NCBI RefSeq assembly: GCF_006345805.1
Contig: NW_021833264.1
Span: 1-64,000, forward strand
Origin: Octopus sinensis
Taxonomy: Eukaryota
Direction: 5' to 3'
Length of the DNA stretch: 64,000 nt
Made by a program: the position numbers and the translations under genes. Positions within the stretch are counted from its first letter, which is position 1, and every line of letters begins with the position of its first letter. The notes under the pieces are model-generated. The model saw only the letters and a program-made list of their open reading frames with translations. It searched no databases and was not told the DNA's origin. This document shows, piece after piece, positions 1 to 12,187 of this stretch.

Positions 1-200
1 TAGTAGTAGAGTAGTAGTAGTAGTAGTAGTAGTGGCAGTAGTTGCAGTAGTAGTAGTAGTTGTTGCAGTAGTAGTAGTAGTAGTAGTAGCAGTAGTAGTA
101 GTAGTAGTAGTAGCAGTAGTAGTAGTAGTAGTAGCAGTAGTAGTAGTAGCAGTAGTAGTAGTAGTAGTCGTAGTAGTAGTAGTAGTAGTAGTTGTAGTAG
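1..200. repeat. (TAG)n/(CAG) microsatellite
   Basis: Direct: tagtagtag run with occasional gca/ttg variants. Confidence 0.95.
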
Positions 201-329
201 TAAATACAATTACGATTATTATTAGTTATAACAGCTCGGAGTAGCAGCAGGAGTAGCAGTAGCAGCGTTAAGGAAGAGGAAGTGGTGGTGGTAGTGGTGG
301 AGGAGGAGGGGGAGGAGGAGAATTGAAAA

Positions 330-500
330 GGGGCCGGTCTTGTCACATTCTACGTCATCCTGAATCTCCTTGAGGACTACATTTAAGGGTACGAGTGTGT
401 CTGTGGTGTGCTCAGCCACTTGCACGCTATTTTTACGAGCAGGCTCTTCTGTCGATCGGATCAACAGGGACGATCGTCGTCGTAACCGACGGAGTACCAG
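330..500 (+). mobile_element. SINE family A1, diverged 3' tail fragment
   Basis: Aligns to the tail of the full copy at 15001-15384 (gggccgg...gtaaccgacggagt). Confidence 0.8.
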
Positions 501-544
501 GCCCAAAATCTATTTTAGGAGAGCAAGTAAATCGATTACTTCCA

Positions 545-697
545 CTCCAAGGCTCGTCTGCCATTTTATCATCGATCACGAAAGGAATGAAAGTCAAAGT
601 CGACCTCAGCGGAATTTGAACTCACAACGTAAAGACGGACGACATACGGCCGAGCATTTGGACCGGCATGCTAAAGATTTTGACAGCACGCCGCCTT
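545..697 (-). mobile_element. SINE family D, diverged copy
   Basis: Contains aaagtcgacctcagcggaatttgaactc, the reverse complement of the D-family B-box and core. Confidence 0.75.
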
Positions 698-796
698 AAT
701 AATAATAATGATAATAATAATAATAATAATAATAATAGAAGAAGAAGAAGAAGCATAAGAAGAAGAATAATATTAACAACAACAACAATAATAATA

Positions 797-846
<50 letters not shown>

Positions 847-906
847 GAAGAAGAAGAAGAAGAAGAAGAAGCATAAGAAGAAGAATAATATTAACAACAA
901 CAACAA

Positions 907-978
<72 letters not shown>

Positions 979-1210
979 AAATAATAATAATAATAATAAT
1001 AATATATAATAATAATAATAATAGTAATAATAATGATAATGAAAATAATAATAATAATAATAATAATAGTAAATATTAATAATAATATAATGATAATAAT
1101 ATAATAGTAATAGTAATACAATAATAATAATAATAACAATAATAATATAGTATACAATAATAATAATAATAATAATATAATAATAATGATATAATAATAA
1201 CAATAATAAT
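698..1210. repeat. (AAT)n/(AAG)n/(AAC)n compound microsatellite
   Basis: Direct. Confidence 0.95.
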
Positions 1211-1671
1211 ATAAAAGATTGGCTGCAGCAAATTCTGCTCAATACCACAGATTTGCTGTCAGTTGTTTGACCTTAACCAGTTGAGCATGTCCCTTAGTGG
1301 CTGACGATATGTGGCATCTCTGATCACGAGCAGAAGTAGTGGGGGAGTATATAGGCCAGTGTGCTTGAGAGGATTCTTGGGGTTTGAATAGTTCACCTCT
1401 GGAAACATGGGTGGTTCTTTCAACATCCTTAAACAACCTTTATTCAGGGACCGTTTGAGCGGGATGGGCTACTCAACCTGAAGAAATTCTAACTGGGCCC
1501 CACCTGCAAGGTCATGTGCTTTTATCTTGATATGAGATCACCATGTCGCGCACATATGGTTGTGATGCATGTGCCTGGTGTACCTTTATCAGACGGGTAG
1601 TCATGATGGGTATATTGGCTTCGTATATTTTACCCCAGTGTCACTTTGATGGAATGAACTCTCTCTCACTC
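1211..1671 (+). mobile_element. Element E, 5'-truncated copy in (TAA)n
   Basis: Homologous to 3285-3737, 22423-22967 and 30342-30893; flanked by (AAT)n. Confidence 0.8.
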
Positions 1672-1710
1672 AATAATAATAATAATGATAATATAATAAT
1701 AATAATAATA

Positions 1711-1740
<30 letters not shown>

Positions 1741-1742
<2 letters not shown>

Positions 1743-2217
1743 CGAGAAAGCAACCATACTCTGGATATGCCGATACACACAGATAGAGAAATTAAGGCCA
1801 ACAGGCCAGATATAGTTGTCAGAGATCATGAAGAAAAAAATGCTTTCTAATTGATGTATCAATACCGGCAGATGACAACGTGTCTCTAAAAGAAATGGAG
1901 AAACTCTCAAAATACAAAGACTGGAAATAGAGGTAACTAGAATGTGGAATCTAAAAACAGAAACAATTCCTTTCATAGTAGGTGCATTAGGTATGATAAA
2001 AAAATATTCAGACAAATACATAACAAAAACACCAGGACTTACAAACACATATAACATACAGAAAATTGCACTACTAGGCACTGCACACATCCTACGCAGA
2101 ACACATACTATACAATAACCATCAAGATCAGAGCATCACAACAAATCACAGCACATACCCAAGGCACACAGAGCTGCGCTCGGTAGTGAAGTGAAAGCAC
2201 GCTATAAAATAAAACTC
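1741..2217 (+). mobile_element. R4/Dong-type non-LTR retrotransposon 3' fragment (restriction-like endonuclease domain)
   Basis: Frameshifted translation gives ILWDM.IHTDREIKANRPDIVVRD...IDVSIP.DDN..LKEMEKLSKYKDL...IVGALG..GTAHILR; flanked by (AAT)n. Confidence 0.88.
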
Positions 2218-2249
2218 AATGATAATAATATAATAATAATAATAATAAT

Positions 2250-2290
<41 letters not shown>

Positions 2291-2316
2291 TAATAATAAT
2301 AATAATAATAATAATA

Positions 2317-3144
2317 CTGGTAAATACTGGACTAAACTAAACGCAAAGAAATAGACAAAGAAAAATCCCAGCAATGGTTGAGAAGCTCAGGACTCAAAGC
2401 AGAGACAGAGGGATTTTTTAATTGCAGCACAAGACCAAATCCTCCCCCCCAAAATTACCAAAACATGTAATGAAAAGAAATATTACAAGTAACTGCAGAA
2501 TATGTGGAGATGGACAAGAACAATAAATCATATTATCTCTAGCTGCCCAGTCCTGGCTAAGAAGGAATATATTACACAGACATGACAGAGTTGGAACCTA
2601 CATACATTGGAAGCTATGCCAACATTATGGAATAACAACAGAAAAAGATGGTATAGGCACACACCAGAAAAGGTCACAGAAAACGAGAAAGCACCATACT
2701 CTGGGATATGCGATACACACAGATAGAGAAATTAAGGCCACAGACCAGATATGTTGTCAGAGATCATGAAGAAAAAAATGCTTCTAATTGATGTATCAAT
2801 ACCGGCTGATGACAACGTGTCTCTAAAAGAAATGGAGAAACTCTCAATACAAAGACCTGGAATAGAGGTAACTAGAATGTGGAATCTGAAAACAGAAACA
2901 ATTCCTATCATAGTAGGTGCATTAGGTATGATAAAAAAATATTCAGACAAATACATAACAAAAACACCAGGACTTACAAACACATATAACATACAGAAAA
3001 TTGCACTACTAGGCACTGCACACATCCTACGCAGAACACTTTCCATACAGTAACCATCAGAGCATCACAACAAATCACAGCACATACCCAAGGCACACAG
3101 AGCTGCGCTCGGTAGTGAGTGAAAGCACGCTATAAAAATAAATA

Positions 3145-3147
<3 letters not shown>
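2317..3147 (+). mobile_element. R4/Dong-type non-LTR retrotransposon 3' fragment (CCHC knuckle + RLE)
   Basis: GLKAETEGF.IAAQDQ, CRICGDGQET.NHIISSCPVLAK, RHDRVG.YIHWKLC; ORF 2751-3053 (IDVSIPADDN...PIIVGALG...LGTAHILRRTLSIQ); (AAT)n both sides. Confidence 0.92.
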
Positions 3148-3183
<36 letters not shown>

Positions 3184-3254
3184 TAATAATAATAATAATA
3201 ATAATATAATAATAAATAATAATAGTAATAATAATAATAGTAATAATAATAATG

Positions 3255-3284
<30 letters not shown>

Positions 3285-3290
<6 letters not shown>

Positions 3291-3737
3291 GATTGGCTGC
3301 AGCAAATATTCTGCTCAATACCACAGATTTGCTTGTCAGTTGTTTGACCTTAACCAGTTGAGCATGTCCCTTAGTGGCTGACGATATGTGCATCTCTGAT
3401 CACGAGCAGAAGTAGTGGGGGAGCATCATAGCCATGTGTTGAGAGGGATTCTTTGGGGGTTGAATAGTTCACCTCTGGAAACATGGGTGGTTCTTTCAAC
3501 ATCCTTAAACAACCCTTATTCAGGGACCTTTTGAGCGGGATGGACTACTCGACCTGAAGGTAAAATTCTAACTGGGCCCCACCTGCAAGGTCATGTGATG
3601 TTCATCTTGATATGGGATCACCATGTCGCACACATGTGGTTGTGATGCATATGCCTGGTGTACCCTTATAAGACGGATAAGTAATGATGGGTATATTTGT
3701 ACCCGTGTCACTATCATGGCATGTGCTACTCTCTCAC
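3285..3737 (+). mobile_element. Element E, 5'-truncated copy
   Basis: Same start (ataaaagattggctgcagc) as the 1211 copy; (AAT)n flanks. Confidence 0.8.
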
Positions 3738-3756
3738 ACAATATTACTACTACAAC

Positions 3757-3794
<38 letters not shown>

Positions 3795-4102
3795 GTAATA
3801 ATTATTATTATTATTATTATTATTATTATTTTATTATTATTATTACTCTTTTACTTGTTTCAGTCATTTGATTGCGGTCATGCTGGAGCACCGCCTTTAA
3901 TCATCGAGCAACTCGACCCCGGGACTTATTCTTTTGTAAGCCCAGTACTTATTCTATCGGTCTCTTTTGCTGAACTGCTAAGTGACGGGGACGTAAACAC
4001 ACACCAGCATCGGTTGTCAAGCAATGCTAGGGGGACAACACTGACACACAAGCACACACACACACACACACACACACCACCACACACACACACACACACC
4101 AC

Positions 4103-4143
<41 letters not shown>

Positions 4144-4147
<4 letters not shown>

Positions 4148-4785
4148 TAAAACGGTAAGATAACAAAAGAAGAAAGAGACCTCAATATTATGTAAATAGA
4201 GGAAATTATCTATACAATAATATGTTACATTACTCGGTAGTCAAGATAAAACTCTGAGTTTCAGATGCCGAAGTGGGAATCCACGACATCTCTTCGGTTA
4301 TCTGGCTATTTGAAAAGGCTATGAAAAAATACCGTGATACAAAGGGAAATTACTGTGTTATAACTCTGCTTGCCTGCGTACTTATACATCGCTCGCATTT
4401 TTCGCCATAAAAATTATATAAAAATACATAAAAAATATATAAAAAATATATAAAAAATATATAAAAATATATAAAATCTTCTTGTGACATAACATAAAAA
4501 GCATGTTCTATCTGTTTTCTTTAGGGGACCAAAAACGTAACAGAAACTTAGTCACACGTGGGCATGATGCGAAAAGTTCTGTCCTTGTGTTTAGACATGT
4601 TGTAGGGTCTAAGCTGCTTTTCCAGATAAGCCATCTCTCCATGTCGCCTAGACCGCACCTCCCGCTGCCGTTGGTATAGGGCTTACATCTGACCAAAATC
4701 TTCCAATGTATGTTATAATCGACACCTTTATCTGTTAAAAACCAAATATGATTAGATAAGATTAGAAAAGCGACACATATTATTG
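4144..4785 (-). mobile_element. Penelope-like element relic (C-terminus of GIY-YIG endonuclease + pseudo-LTR)
   Basis: Minus translation HIWFLTDKGVDYNIHWKILVRCKPYTNGSGRC...WKSSLDPTTCLNTRTELFASCPRVTKFLL resembles the PLE endonuclease end; hammerhead-like fold downstream. Confidence 0.8.
4244..4303 (-). ncRNA. Type I hammerhead ribozyme-like motif (degenerate)
   Basis: AGATAA-CCGAAGA-GATGTCG..CGGCATC-T-GAAA-CTCAGAG-TT-TTATCT; stems I and II pair, stem III is palindromic; U4 replaced by C. Confidence 0.6.
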
Positions 4786-4790
4786 TATTG

Positions 4791-4850
<60 letters not shown>

Positions 4851-5005
4851 TACGACGGGCTTATTTCAGTTTCCGTCTACCAAATCCTCTCTCAAGGCTT
4901 TGGTCGGCCCAAGGCTATAGTAGAAGACACTTACCCATGGTGCCACGCAGTGGGACTGAACCCGGAACCATGTGGTTGGTAAACAAGCTACTTACCACAC
5001 AGCCA

Positions 5006-5048
<43 letters not shown>

Positions 5049-5091
5049 TTTTGTCAGCCCTTGTGGCCAATAAAAGAATTAGTTATTATTA

Positions 5092-5129
<38 letters not shown>

Positions 5130-5130
<1 letters not shown>

Positions 5131-5340
5131 TCTTTTACTTGTTTCAGTCATTTGATTGCGGCCATGCTGGAGCACCGCCTTTAATCGAGCAACTCGACCA
5201 CGGGACTTATTCTTTGTAAGCCCAGTACTTATTCTATCGGTCTCTTTTGCTGAACTGCTAAGTGACGGGGACGTAAACACACCAGCATCGGTTGTCAAGC
5301 AATGCTAAGGGGACAAACACAGACACACAAGCAAACACGA
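5130..5340 (-). mobile_element. SINE family B 3' half
   Basis: ctcttttacttgtttcagtc...gacaaacacagacacac. Confidence 0.85.
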
Positions 5341-5369
5341 ACACACACACACATATATATATATATATA

Positions 5370-5416
5370 TCATCATCATTATTATAATCATTATTATTAT
5401 CATTATTATCATCATT

Positions 5417-5448
<32 letters not shown>

Positions 5449-5455
5449 CATTAAC

Positions 5456-5516
<61 letters not shown>

Positions 5517-5570
5517 CATTATTATCATCATTATTATCATTATCATTATTATTGTTATTATTATCATTAA

Positions 5571-5606
<36 letters not shown>

Positions 5607-5645
5607 CATTTTCATTATTATTATTATTATTATTATTATCATTAA

Positions 5646-5679
<34 letters not shown>

Positions 5680-5703
5680 ATTATTATCATTATTATCATC
5701 ATT

Positions 5704-5735
<32 letters not shown>

Positions 5736-5886
5736 CATTAACATTATTATTATTATTATCATTATCATCATTATCATTATTATTATTATTATCATTAACA
5801 TTATTATCATTATTATCATCATTATTATCATTATCATTATTATTATTATTATCATCATTAACATTATTATTATTATTATCATTATC

Positions 5887-5918
<32 letters not shown>

Positions 5919-5941
5919 CATTAACATTATTATCATTATCA

Positions 5942-5981
<40 letters not shown>

Positions 5982-5985
5982 TATC
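5370..5985. repeat. (ATT/ATC)n microsatellite with periodic AAC interruptions
   Basis: Direct. Confidence 0.9.
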
Positions 5986-6479
5986 ACTATAGTGGTGGTG
6001 CTTCTGTTTTTCTACTACAGCCGGCACCACAACGCCTGTTGCAACAAGTACAACTGGTATTTGCAACCACTCACTGACGCTGCTGCCGTTAAAAATTTTA
6101 CTATTACTACAACTACCACTAGCAAACACTAAGGTTACCAATCTCACTACTACAGCTAACAAGTTATGTTGTTGCAGTTGCAGATGATGTCTGCACAGTT
6201 TTGAAACCGATGGGATAGCAACGAATCTATGAGTCATGCAAAGAAGGCGAGGGAAAAAAAATCACTGTCTTTCCTCCCGCCTCTTCTCCCTCAACCTCTT
6301 CCTCTTTCTCCCTCTCTCTCACTCTCGTCTCTCTCTCTCTCTCTCTCGGCTGTACCTCTCCTCCCACTCTCTTCTTCTCTCTGTCTCTCTCTCTTCCCAT
6401 CCCTCTCCACCTCTCTCGGTTTTTATCTTTATCGGGAATTACTCTTACCATATCTCATGGTCTCTCCCTGGATGTCTGC

Positions 6480-6700
6480 CTCCACCCACTACACATACAT
6501 ATGTGTGTGTCTGTGTGTCCATGTGTGTTTATGTATGTGTCTATGAGCATGTGTGTATATGTGTACTTATGTATATCTATGTATGTATATAATTGTGTAT
6601 ATATATATATATATACATACATACATACATACATAGATACATATTCACATATACATATATATATATGTACGTGTATGTTATATATATATATGTGTGTATG

Positions 6701-6768
<68 letters not shown>

Positions 6769-6782
6769 GGATATGTATAGAG

Positions 6783-6841
<59 letters not shown>

Positions 6842-7298
6842 TATGAGCATACTTGCAAATTGCCCTGTAATTTATTTCTGCGCATACACACATGCACATG
6901 TGTGTATGCCTACACAAGTGTGTACACACACATATGTGGTGGAGAGTGTATATACTCCGACGTGTGCCAAGTCTGTTTTTATGCATCTACGATGCTTATA
7001 CACGCATGTGTGTGTGCGTGAATGTTAGATTTATTATATGATATATATATATATAATTATAGATATATTATATATATTATATATAATATATATATATATA
7101 TACATATATTATATACATATATATATGTAGGTATATATACACACATTATATATATATACGCCCATATCTATATGCATATGTATATACATAGATATATATA
7201 TATACATATATATACACACATATGTATATACATACACATATATACACACACGCACACATATATGTGCATATATATGCATATATATATGTGTGTGTGCG

Positions 7299-7331
<33 letters not shown>

Positions 7332-7574
7332 GTGCCTGTGTATACATACATATATATATACATATATATATATATAAACACACATATAAATATATATACA
7401 CACATATAAATATATATACACATATATATATATATATAAACGCACATATATATATATATATATAAAGACATGCAAACCTTACATGCTTAAACATACACAT
7501 ACACATACATATATACATATATACATATACATTCCTACACACACACACAGAGAGACACACACACACACACACAT

Positions 7575-7607
<33 letters not shown>

Positions 7608-7610
7608 CGC
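6480..7610. repeat. (TA)n/(CA)n/(TG)n compound dinucleotide tract
   Basis: Direct. Confidence 0.9.
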
Positions 7611-7930
7611 AAACTTCAATAATCATTAATGCCGTTGCTTGTTGGATTTTGTCTGGGTCTTCATTTGTATTTGTTTTACGTTTTTTTTACTTTTGTTTTG
7701 TTTTTTGTTCTTCACTTCTTTGTGGTTGTTGTTGTTGTTCTTGTTGTTGTGGTGGTCGTCTGTGTTTTGCTTATATCTTCTGCTGTGCCAAATGCACCAC
7801 CCCGGCATTTTTGCTGCATATTACATTGCAGCAGATGCATATATTACACATTATTATACACACTTGCACACGCATGCATATATCTATACACACATACCCA
7901 TGTATATATATATATATATATTATGCATGT

Positions 7931-8128
7931 GCATAGGCATGGCTGTGTGGATAAAGAGGCTGGCTTTGCAGCCAAGTGATTCAGGGGTCAGTTTCAAGGC
8001 ACGGTATCTTGATCAAGTGTCTTCTACACTAGGCCCGTGGGCTGACCAATTCCTCGTGAATGAATTTGGTGGACGGAGACTGTGAAAGACGTTCGTAAGC
8101 TCAAAGACACGCACGCACACACATAAAC

Positions 8129-8164
<36 letters not shown>

Positions 8165-10260
8165 TATATATACTATATATAATATATATATATATTATAA
8201 TATATATATATATAATTAATAAATAGGGGTGGCAAAAAATTTTGTAGAATTTTTTTGCCACCAGCGGCCTAGTGGGAAAAAATTAAATAGTCATAGACCA
8301 TTTTTTAAGTCAACATCACAATCAAGGAAAGGCCATAATAGGCATTCACCCACTAGAAATAACAGCCAAAGCTTCAACCGCAAAATAACATTAATTCCGT
8401 AAACCAGGAGAAAATTAAAAAACATTTACCCTGTAATTTCTTATACGATGCACCGTTTCATCTACTGTTTAATGGTAAACTAACCTGATTAAATTAAATC
8501 AAGCCAATCTTCCATAGGCCCTTAGATTCGTCAGTAAGAAATAGCCAGATCGGAACAGATATTTTCACGAGGCATTTCTGTCCCTGCCTCGGCAATATCT
8601 GACCTAAAATTTTCAAATCATCGCACCCGCGCCAAATTTATCGGCAGCAAATAAATATAAGCCGCCGATTCCATTACGGAATTAACCAGAAAATTCATAA
8701 TTAATCAATATAGGGTGGCAAAAAATTTTGTAGAATTTTTTTGCCACCAGCGGCCTAGTGGGAAAAAATTAAATAGGTAATAGACCATTTTTAAGTTCAA
8801 CATCACAATCAAGGAACGGCCATATAGGCCATTCACCCACTAGAAATAACAGCCAAAGCTTCAACCGCAAAATAACATTAATTCCGTAAACCAGGAGAAA
8901 ATTAAAAAACATTTACCCTGTAATTTCTTATACGATGCTCCGTTTCATCTACTGTTTAATTGTAAACTAACCATTAATGCCTCGTAAACTAACCAGAAAT
9001 GCCTCGTGAAAATATCTGTTCCGATCTGGCTATTTCTTACTGACGAATCTAAGGGCCTATGGAAGATTGGCTTGATTTAATTTAATCAGGTTAGTTTACC
9101 ATTAAACAGTAGATGAAACGGTGCATCGTATAAGAAATTACAGGGTAATGTTTTTTAATTTTCTCCTGGTTTACGGAATTAATGTTATTTTGCGGTGAAG
9201 CTTTGGCTGTTATTTCTAGTGGGTGAATGGCCTATTATGGCCGTTCTTGATTGTGATGTTGAAACTTAAAAATGGTCTATGACTATTTAATTTTTTCCCA
9301 CTAGGCCGCTGGTGGCAAAAAAATTCTACAAATTTTTTGCCACCCTATATTGATTAATTATGAATTTTCTGGTTAATTCCGTAATAGAATCGGCGGCTTA
9401 TATTTATTTGCTGCCGATAGATAAATTTGGCGCGAGTGCGATGATTTGAAAATTTTAGGTCAGATATTGCCGAGGCAGGGACAGAAATGCCTCGTTGAAA
9501 ATATCTGTTCCGATCTGGCTATTTCTTACTGACGAATTAAGGGCCTATGAAAGATGGCTTGATTTAATTTAATCAGGTTAGTTTACCATTAAACAGTAGA
9601 TGAAACGGTGCATCGCATAGAAATACAGGGTAAATGTTTTTTAATTTTCTCCTGGTTTTTACGGAATTAATGTTATTTTGCGGTTGAAGCTTTGGCTGTT
9701 ATTTCTAGTGGGTGAATGGCCTATTATGGCCGTTCCTTGATGTGATGTTGAACTTAAAAATGGTCTATGACTATTTAATTTTTTCCCACTAGGCCGCTGG
9801 TGGCAAAAAAATTCTACACAAATTTTTTGCCACCCTATATTGATTAATTATGAATTTTCTGGTTAATTCCGTAATGGAATCGGCGGCTTATATTTATTGC
9901 TGCCGATAAATTTGGCGCGAGTGCGATGATTTGAAAATTTTAGGTCAGATATTGCCGAGGCAGGGACAGAAATGCCTCGTGAAAATATCTGTTCCGATCT
10001 GGCTATTTCTTACTGACGAATCTAAGGGCCTATGGAAGATTGGCTTGATTTAATTTAATCAGGTTAGTTTACCATTAAACAGTAGATGAAACGGTGCATC
10101 GTATAAGAAATTACAGGGTAAATGTTTTTTAATTTTCTCCTGGTTTACGAATTAATGTTATTTTGCGGTTGAAGCTTTGGCTGTTATTTCTAGTGGGTGA
10201 ATGGCCTATTATGGCCGTTCCTTGATTGTGATGTTGATATATATTATATATATATATATG

Positions 10261-10303
<43 letters not shown>

Positions 10304-10740
10304 TATATATATATATATTTATATGTGTGTAATATATGTATGTATATATATATATATTTATATGTGTGTATATATATGTTGTATATATATATATATATAC
10401 CATATGCATATATATATATATATATATACATATATAATATATATAATATATATATATAATATACATACATATTATATATATATATATATATATATAGATA
10501 TATATCAATATATATATATATACATATAATATATATCTATAGATGTCGTGCTCCACATCTGGTGCTAGTATATTTACACACCCGTAACTTAGCAGTTTGG
10601 CAAAAGAGACCGATAGAATGAGTACCCGGTTTTAAAAAAATAAGTACTGGTGTCACTTCATTCGACTAAAAGACTTTCAAGGCGGTGCCCCAGCATGGCC
10701 ACGTCCAATTACTGAAACAAGTAAAAGATAAAAGAAAAGA
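7931..10740 (+). mobile_element. Diverged SINE B-like copy (head ~7931-8095, tail ~10560-10740) enclosing the 487-bp array
   Basis: Head ggcatggctgtgtgg...tcttgatcaagtgtcttctac; tail gaccgatagaatgagtac...ggcggtgccccagcatggcc...ctgaaacaagtaaaag. Confidence 0.6.
8213..10236. repeat. ~487-bp tandem array with internal inversion
   Basis: Unit marker ggtggcaaaaaatt at 8228 and 8714 (+); reverse-complement units from 8995, markers ending at 9344 and 9834. Confidence 0.95.
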
Positions 10741-11169
10741 AATAAAAGATTGCGTGCGTCTTTATTCTTCTTTACACACACATACACGTACACATGCACA
10801 CATACATATATACACACACGTAAACACATACATACACACATACTCGCACATATACACACATATGCACACACGCATACTTAGACACACATACGCACACATA
10901 CTCACTCACGCACACATACACGTACACATGCACACATACATACATACACACACGTACACACATACATACACACATACTCGCACATACACACACACACATG
11001 CACACACATACACACGCACGCACACAAAGACACGCATGCACACATACAGACACATACACATACAGACATACATACACACATAGACACATGCATACACACA
11101 TACACACGCACATAGACAAACACATACACACATATTAATACACACATATACAGACACACACACGCACAC

Positions 11170-11200
<31 letters not shown>

Positions 11201-11344
11201 AATCTACTTCAAAATATCTACTGAGGTCGATTCCTCCGACTAAACTGTCCCTTGTGGTGCTCCAGCGTGGTCGCAGACCAATGATTGAAACAAGGAAAGG
11301 ATACATGCCAAAACTATGAAGTTACGAAGCGAAATTCTAAACTG

Positions 11345-11580
11345 TATATGAAAGAAATCAATCCCGGATTCTGTGGCGTGAATATTTCCCCTGGATAGGG
11401 CGCTGGCCCATCGCAGGATTACTCACTTTCGTCTTCTGAGTAGATTTCAGCGACGTGAAATGAGGTGTTTTGCTTAAGAACAAACACAACGCATCGCCCG
11501 GTCCTGGGATCGAAACTGCAATCTTACGATCAAGAGTGTTACATCCTAACCACCAGATCAAGCTCTTACATGCACGATCA
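11345..11580 (-). mobile_element. Diverged tRNA-headed SINE (C-like core, A2-like tail motif)
   Basis: Minus: TGGTGGTTAGG A-box, GTTTCGATCCC B-box, TTCTTAAGCAAAACAC core, CCTGCGATGGGCCAGCGCCCTATCCAGGGG. Confidence 0.7.
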
Positions 11581-11814
11581 CACACACACACATACGTATA
11601 CGCATGTATATATATACATATATACATATATATATATATACATACATACACACACACCATCACATACATATGCAATATCATATATATATATATATATATA
11701 TCAATATAAATAGGGTGAAATTAATTAATTTGGAATAATCATTAATTTCACCAAGTAGATTTCGGCATGTAAAAGCCCCATTCAAGGAAGTTTAAGTAAT
11801 ACTAAGTAATTAAG

Positions 11815-12017
11815 GGTTTAGCAACGATTTGCCTCACCACACACCGAATTTAGAAATAGCAGTCAAAGAGTTATGGCTATTCTTTCTACTTAAAAGGGAG
11901 ATCCCAGTAAAACCACAGCACTTACTGGGATCTTCCTTTTAAGTAGAAAGAATAGCCATAACTCTTTGACTGCTATTTCTAAATTCGGTGTGTGGTGAGG
12001 CAAATCGTTGCTAAACC
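11815..12017. repeat. Near-perfect 96-bp-arm inverted repeat with 11-nt spacer
   Basis: Arms 11815-11910 and 11922-12017, one mismatch (ggg/gga); spacer aaccacagcac. Confidence 0.95.
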
Positions 12018-12035
12018 TTATTATAGTATGTAATA

Positions 12036-12100
<65 letters not shown>

Positions 12101-12187
12101 CGTATAGATAAATAGATATATATATATATATATATATATAAAGAGAGGAGAGAGTGATAAATAGTATATGTACATACTATATGTACA

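Larger units (their letters stand above)
3846..5006 (-). mobile_element. SINE family B split by a Penelope-like insertion in its internal (TA)n
   Basis: 3' half 3846-4070 and 5' head half 4851-5006 are colinear with intact copies such as 14041-14503. Confidence 0.85.

Noticed and set aside
622-1248. Long poly-L/I/Y/N ORFs (also 5305-6237, 15815-16663, 23759-25050, 54421-56688, 57763-58903)
   Set aside because: Translations of microsatellites; no domain content.
11745-11800. Possible third hammerhead (minus: CCTTGAATG-GGGC..GCC-GAAA)
   Set aside because: Core has several mismatches, and stems I and III cannot be formed convincingly.
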